A stretch of 63,614 bases of DNA, filler included, from Nemertoderma westbladi (lineage: Eukaryota; Animalia; Xenacoelomorpha), in assembly GCA_032718475.1 (NCBI GenBank). It is 4 parts of 4 records of this genome, joined end to end, with 100 filler letters (N's around TTAATTAATTAA, not from the genome) between each part and the next. Parts side by side here need not be neighbours in the genome. Positions count along the whole stretch, not along the records: positions 58,136 to 63,614 come from JAUCBJ010004248.1; 3 more parts are not named here. One strand, written 5' to 3'. Within the stretch, counting starts at the first letter, position 1. Every line of letters begins with the position of its first letter. The notes below the pieces were generated by a model that was given only the letters and a program-made list of their open reading frames with translations, made no database searches and was not told where the DNA came from. The translations under genes and the position numbers were made by a program. Positions 61,764-63,614 of the stretch are shown in pieces.

Positions 61764-63614
61764 TACTACTACTACTAGGATCGGCATGCTGCATTGCAGC
61801 TGCATTTTTAAGAATGCTGTGCCGGCTTGTCAACAAAATTGCACCGCCACAACTCCCTATCACCCATGACATTTGCTAGATCATCCGCATCTTTAAGGCC
61901 AGTGTCCTTTAAGATGCGTCTCAAGAAAGTCATGGGCTGTCCACCATGCTTATTCACTCCATGAGGCTGCCAAAGTACAAGATTATGCACTGGCTGGTCC
62001 TCACGGCGAAAGCAATGTCCTGCAAAGCGGAGGCGATTTTGTTCTAGTGTCAAGCTTGGGGGAACCAATGAGACACCTCCAATGTTATATAGTGTCTGGT
62101 TGGAGATGTGTGCATTGTACTTGACACAATGTACCCGGCGTAGCATTCTTGTGAATGTGCCATCCAGAGATTTGGTGTCCTCAGCAGTTAGAGCCCAGCA
62201 TGGACTCCCGTAGAGGAGTACTGGAACTACTGCTGCTCTAAATAATCGGACCTTAAGTTTCCGATTAATTCTAGGTGACTTCCAAATCCTGGAAAGCCTA
62301 TTCAAGGCTGCCCATGCCTTTCCCTTACGTATTCGAAGGTCCTCACCTGACTTCCGGATCCATGATCCCAGGTAACAGAAGTCGTCCACATGCTCAAGCA
62401 TACCATCCTTTGAGCTTATGCTCATCCGATCAGAGACTTGCTGAGGACTTTCAAAGTTAACTGTCAGAATTTTGGTCTTTCTGGAGTTAATAGAAAGACC
62501 AACACTAGAAGCAGCATGTTCTAATGAGCTGAGGAGCCGCTGGGCTCCCTCTAATGATTCTGAGAGTACTCCTAAGTCATCAGCAAAGTCTAGATCAGTT
62601 AGGTACTTGGCAGGATTTCCTCGACTTCTGGAGCCAGTAGGTGGAGTTATCATCACCCCATCATCATTATGATGATCTAAGGACATGCGTAGAACATAGT
62701 CAACCACAATAATGAACAAGAATGGTGCAAGTGTGTCTCCTTGGAGGACGCCCCATAACACTTCAAATGGTTCTGTGTCACCGTCAACAGTAGACACAAA
62801 TGTTGTCGAACCATCGTATACTGATCTGATTGCTGCAATAATTTCATCAGGAATCCCATATAATGAAAGTATGCTGAACATACGTGAGCGAGAGACTGAA
62901 TCAAAGGCCTTGAAGAAGTCAACAAAGATAACAGCCAGATGCCTGTCTTTCTTTTTTGATAACTCTTCAATTATCCTTCTAAGTGCCAAAATGGGCTCCA
63001 TGGTCCCACGACCTTTACGGAACCCATTCTGATTTCCACGTAGCAGTCTCTCAATGGGATCCCTGATGCGATTTAATAGAATTCTATTGTATAGTTTTGC
63101 AGCAATCGAGATCAATGAGATTCCCCGAAAAGAACCATAGAGTGTTAGGTTGCCCTTCTTGGGAACTGGCACCAACTTATTTGTTTTCATTTCTTGTGGG
63201 ACTCTTGTTGTACGGTACATGTCTACTATGATGGGATAGATGAGCTTTAAACACTCAGGTATTTTAAAGACCTCAGGGGGAACACCATCTACTCCACTGG
63301 CACGATTGGTCTTAATGCTCTTTGCAGCAGCCTTCACTTCTGCAAAGGAGATATCGCCAATGGGAATATCTGGGAGTACAGACTCAGACACTTTTACTTC
63401 TATAAAGTTATCAGGCAATACCCTGTCATTATTGAGGAGCTTTTCAAAGTGGGCTTTCCAACCATTGAGGCGATCGGCTGGTGATTCAGCCTTAACCTTG
63501 GTGGTTGGTTGGCTTTTCCGCCCAGTAAGCAGATTGATCGATTTCCATGCCTGGGATGATTGCCTGCTGTCGTCAGCATCATTGATGGCATCAACCTGTT
63601 GGTTTATTAGCTCC
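61764..63614 (-). mobile_element. RTE-clade LINE with an uninterrupted RT ORF running off the window end
   Basis: ASGVDG, VPVPKKG, FRGISL, QNGFRKGR, FVDFFKAFDSV, GVLQGDTLAPFLF, DLDFADD, FCYLGS and LRFAGHC. The frame is open from 63613 to the stop at 61808, followed by a (TAG)n tail at 61764-61777. Confidence 0.95.

Overview
This is AT-rich genomic DNA from an animal, probably a marine invertebrate (inferred from its TE families and gene content). Three N-gaps carrying an artificial TTAATTAATTAA linker split it into four contigs, so adjacency across the gaps is unproven. There are four host genes: an intronless LSM4 (-); a divergent two-exon acyl-protein thioesterase APT1/LYPLA (+); the 3' four exons of a BACK-TLDc gene (+); and ten phase-consistent exons of a large uncharacterised gene (-) that breaks off inside a discoidin (F5/8C) domain. 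The remainder is a dense mosaic of mobile elements (CRE-clade, RTE, Gypsy, BEL/Pao, IS3EU, piggyBac-like, Sola-like, foldback and MITEs) and satellites. The four most unusual structures are: (1) about 55 tandem copies of a 46-bp unit made of an exon end plus its 5' splice site, each reading ...TTTCTGCCAG|GTTAGT; (2) a head-to-tail dimer of a 2.1-kb non-coding element whose terminal hairpin is complete only at the tandem (circle-type) junction; (3) an intronless zinc-finger/acidic-repeat ORF bracketed by C-rich and G-rich telomere-like arrays, the latter flipping into a large imperfect palindrome; (4) a BEL/Pao gag-protease fused in frame to a Gypsy pol. All family assignments come from motif recognition by eye; no database searches were run.
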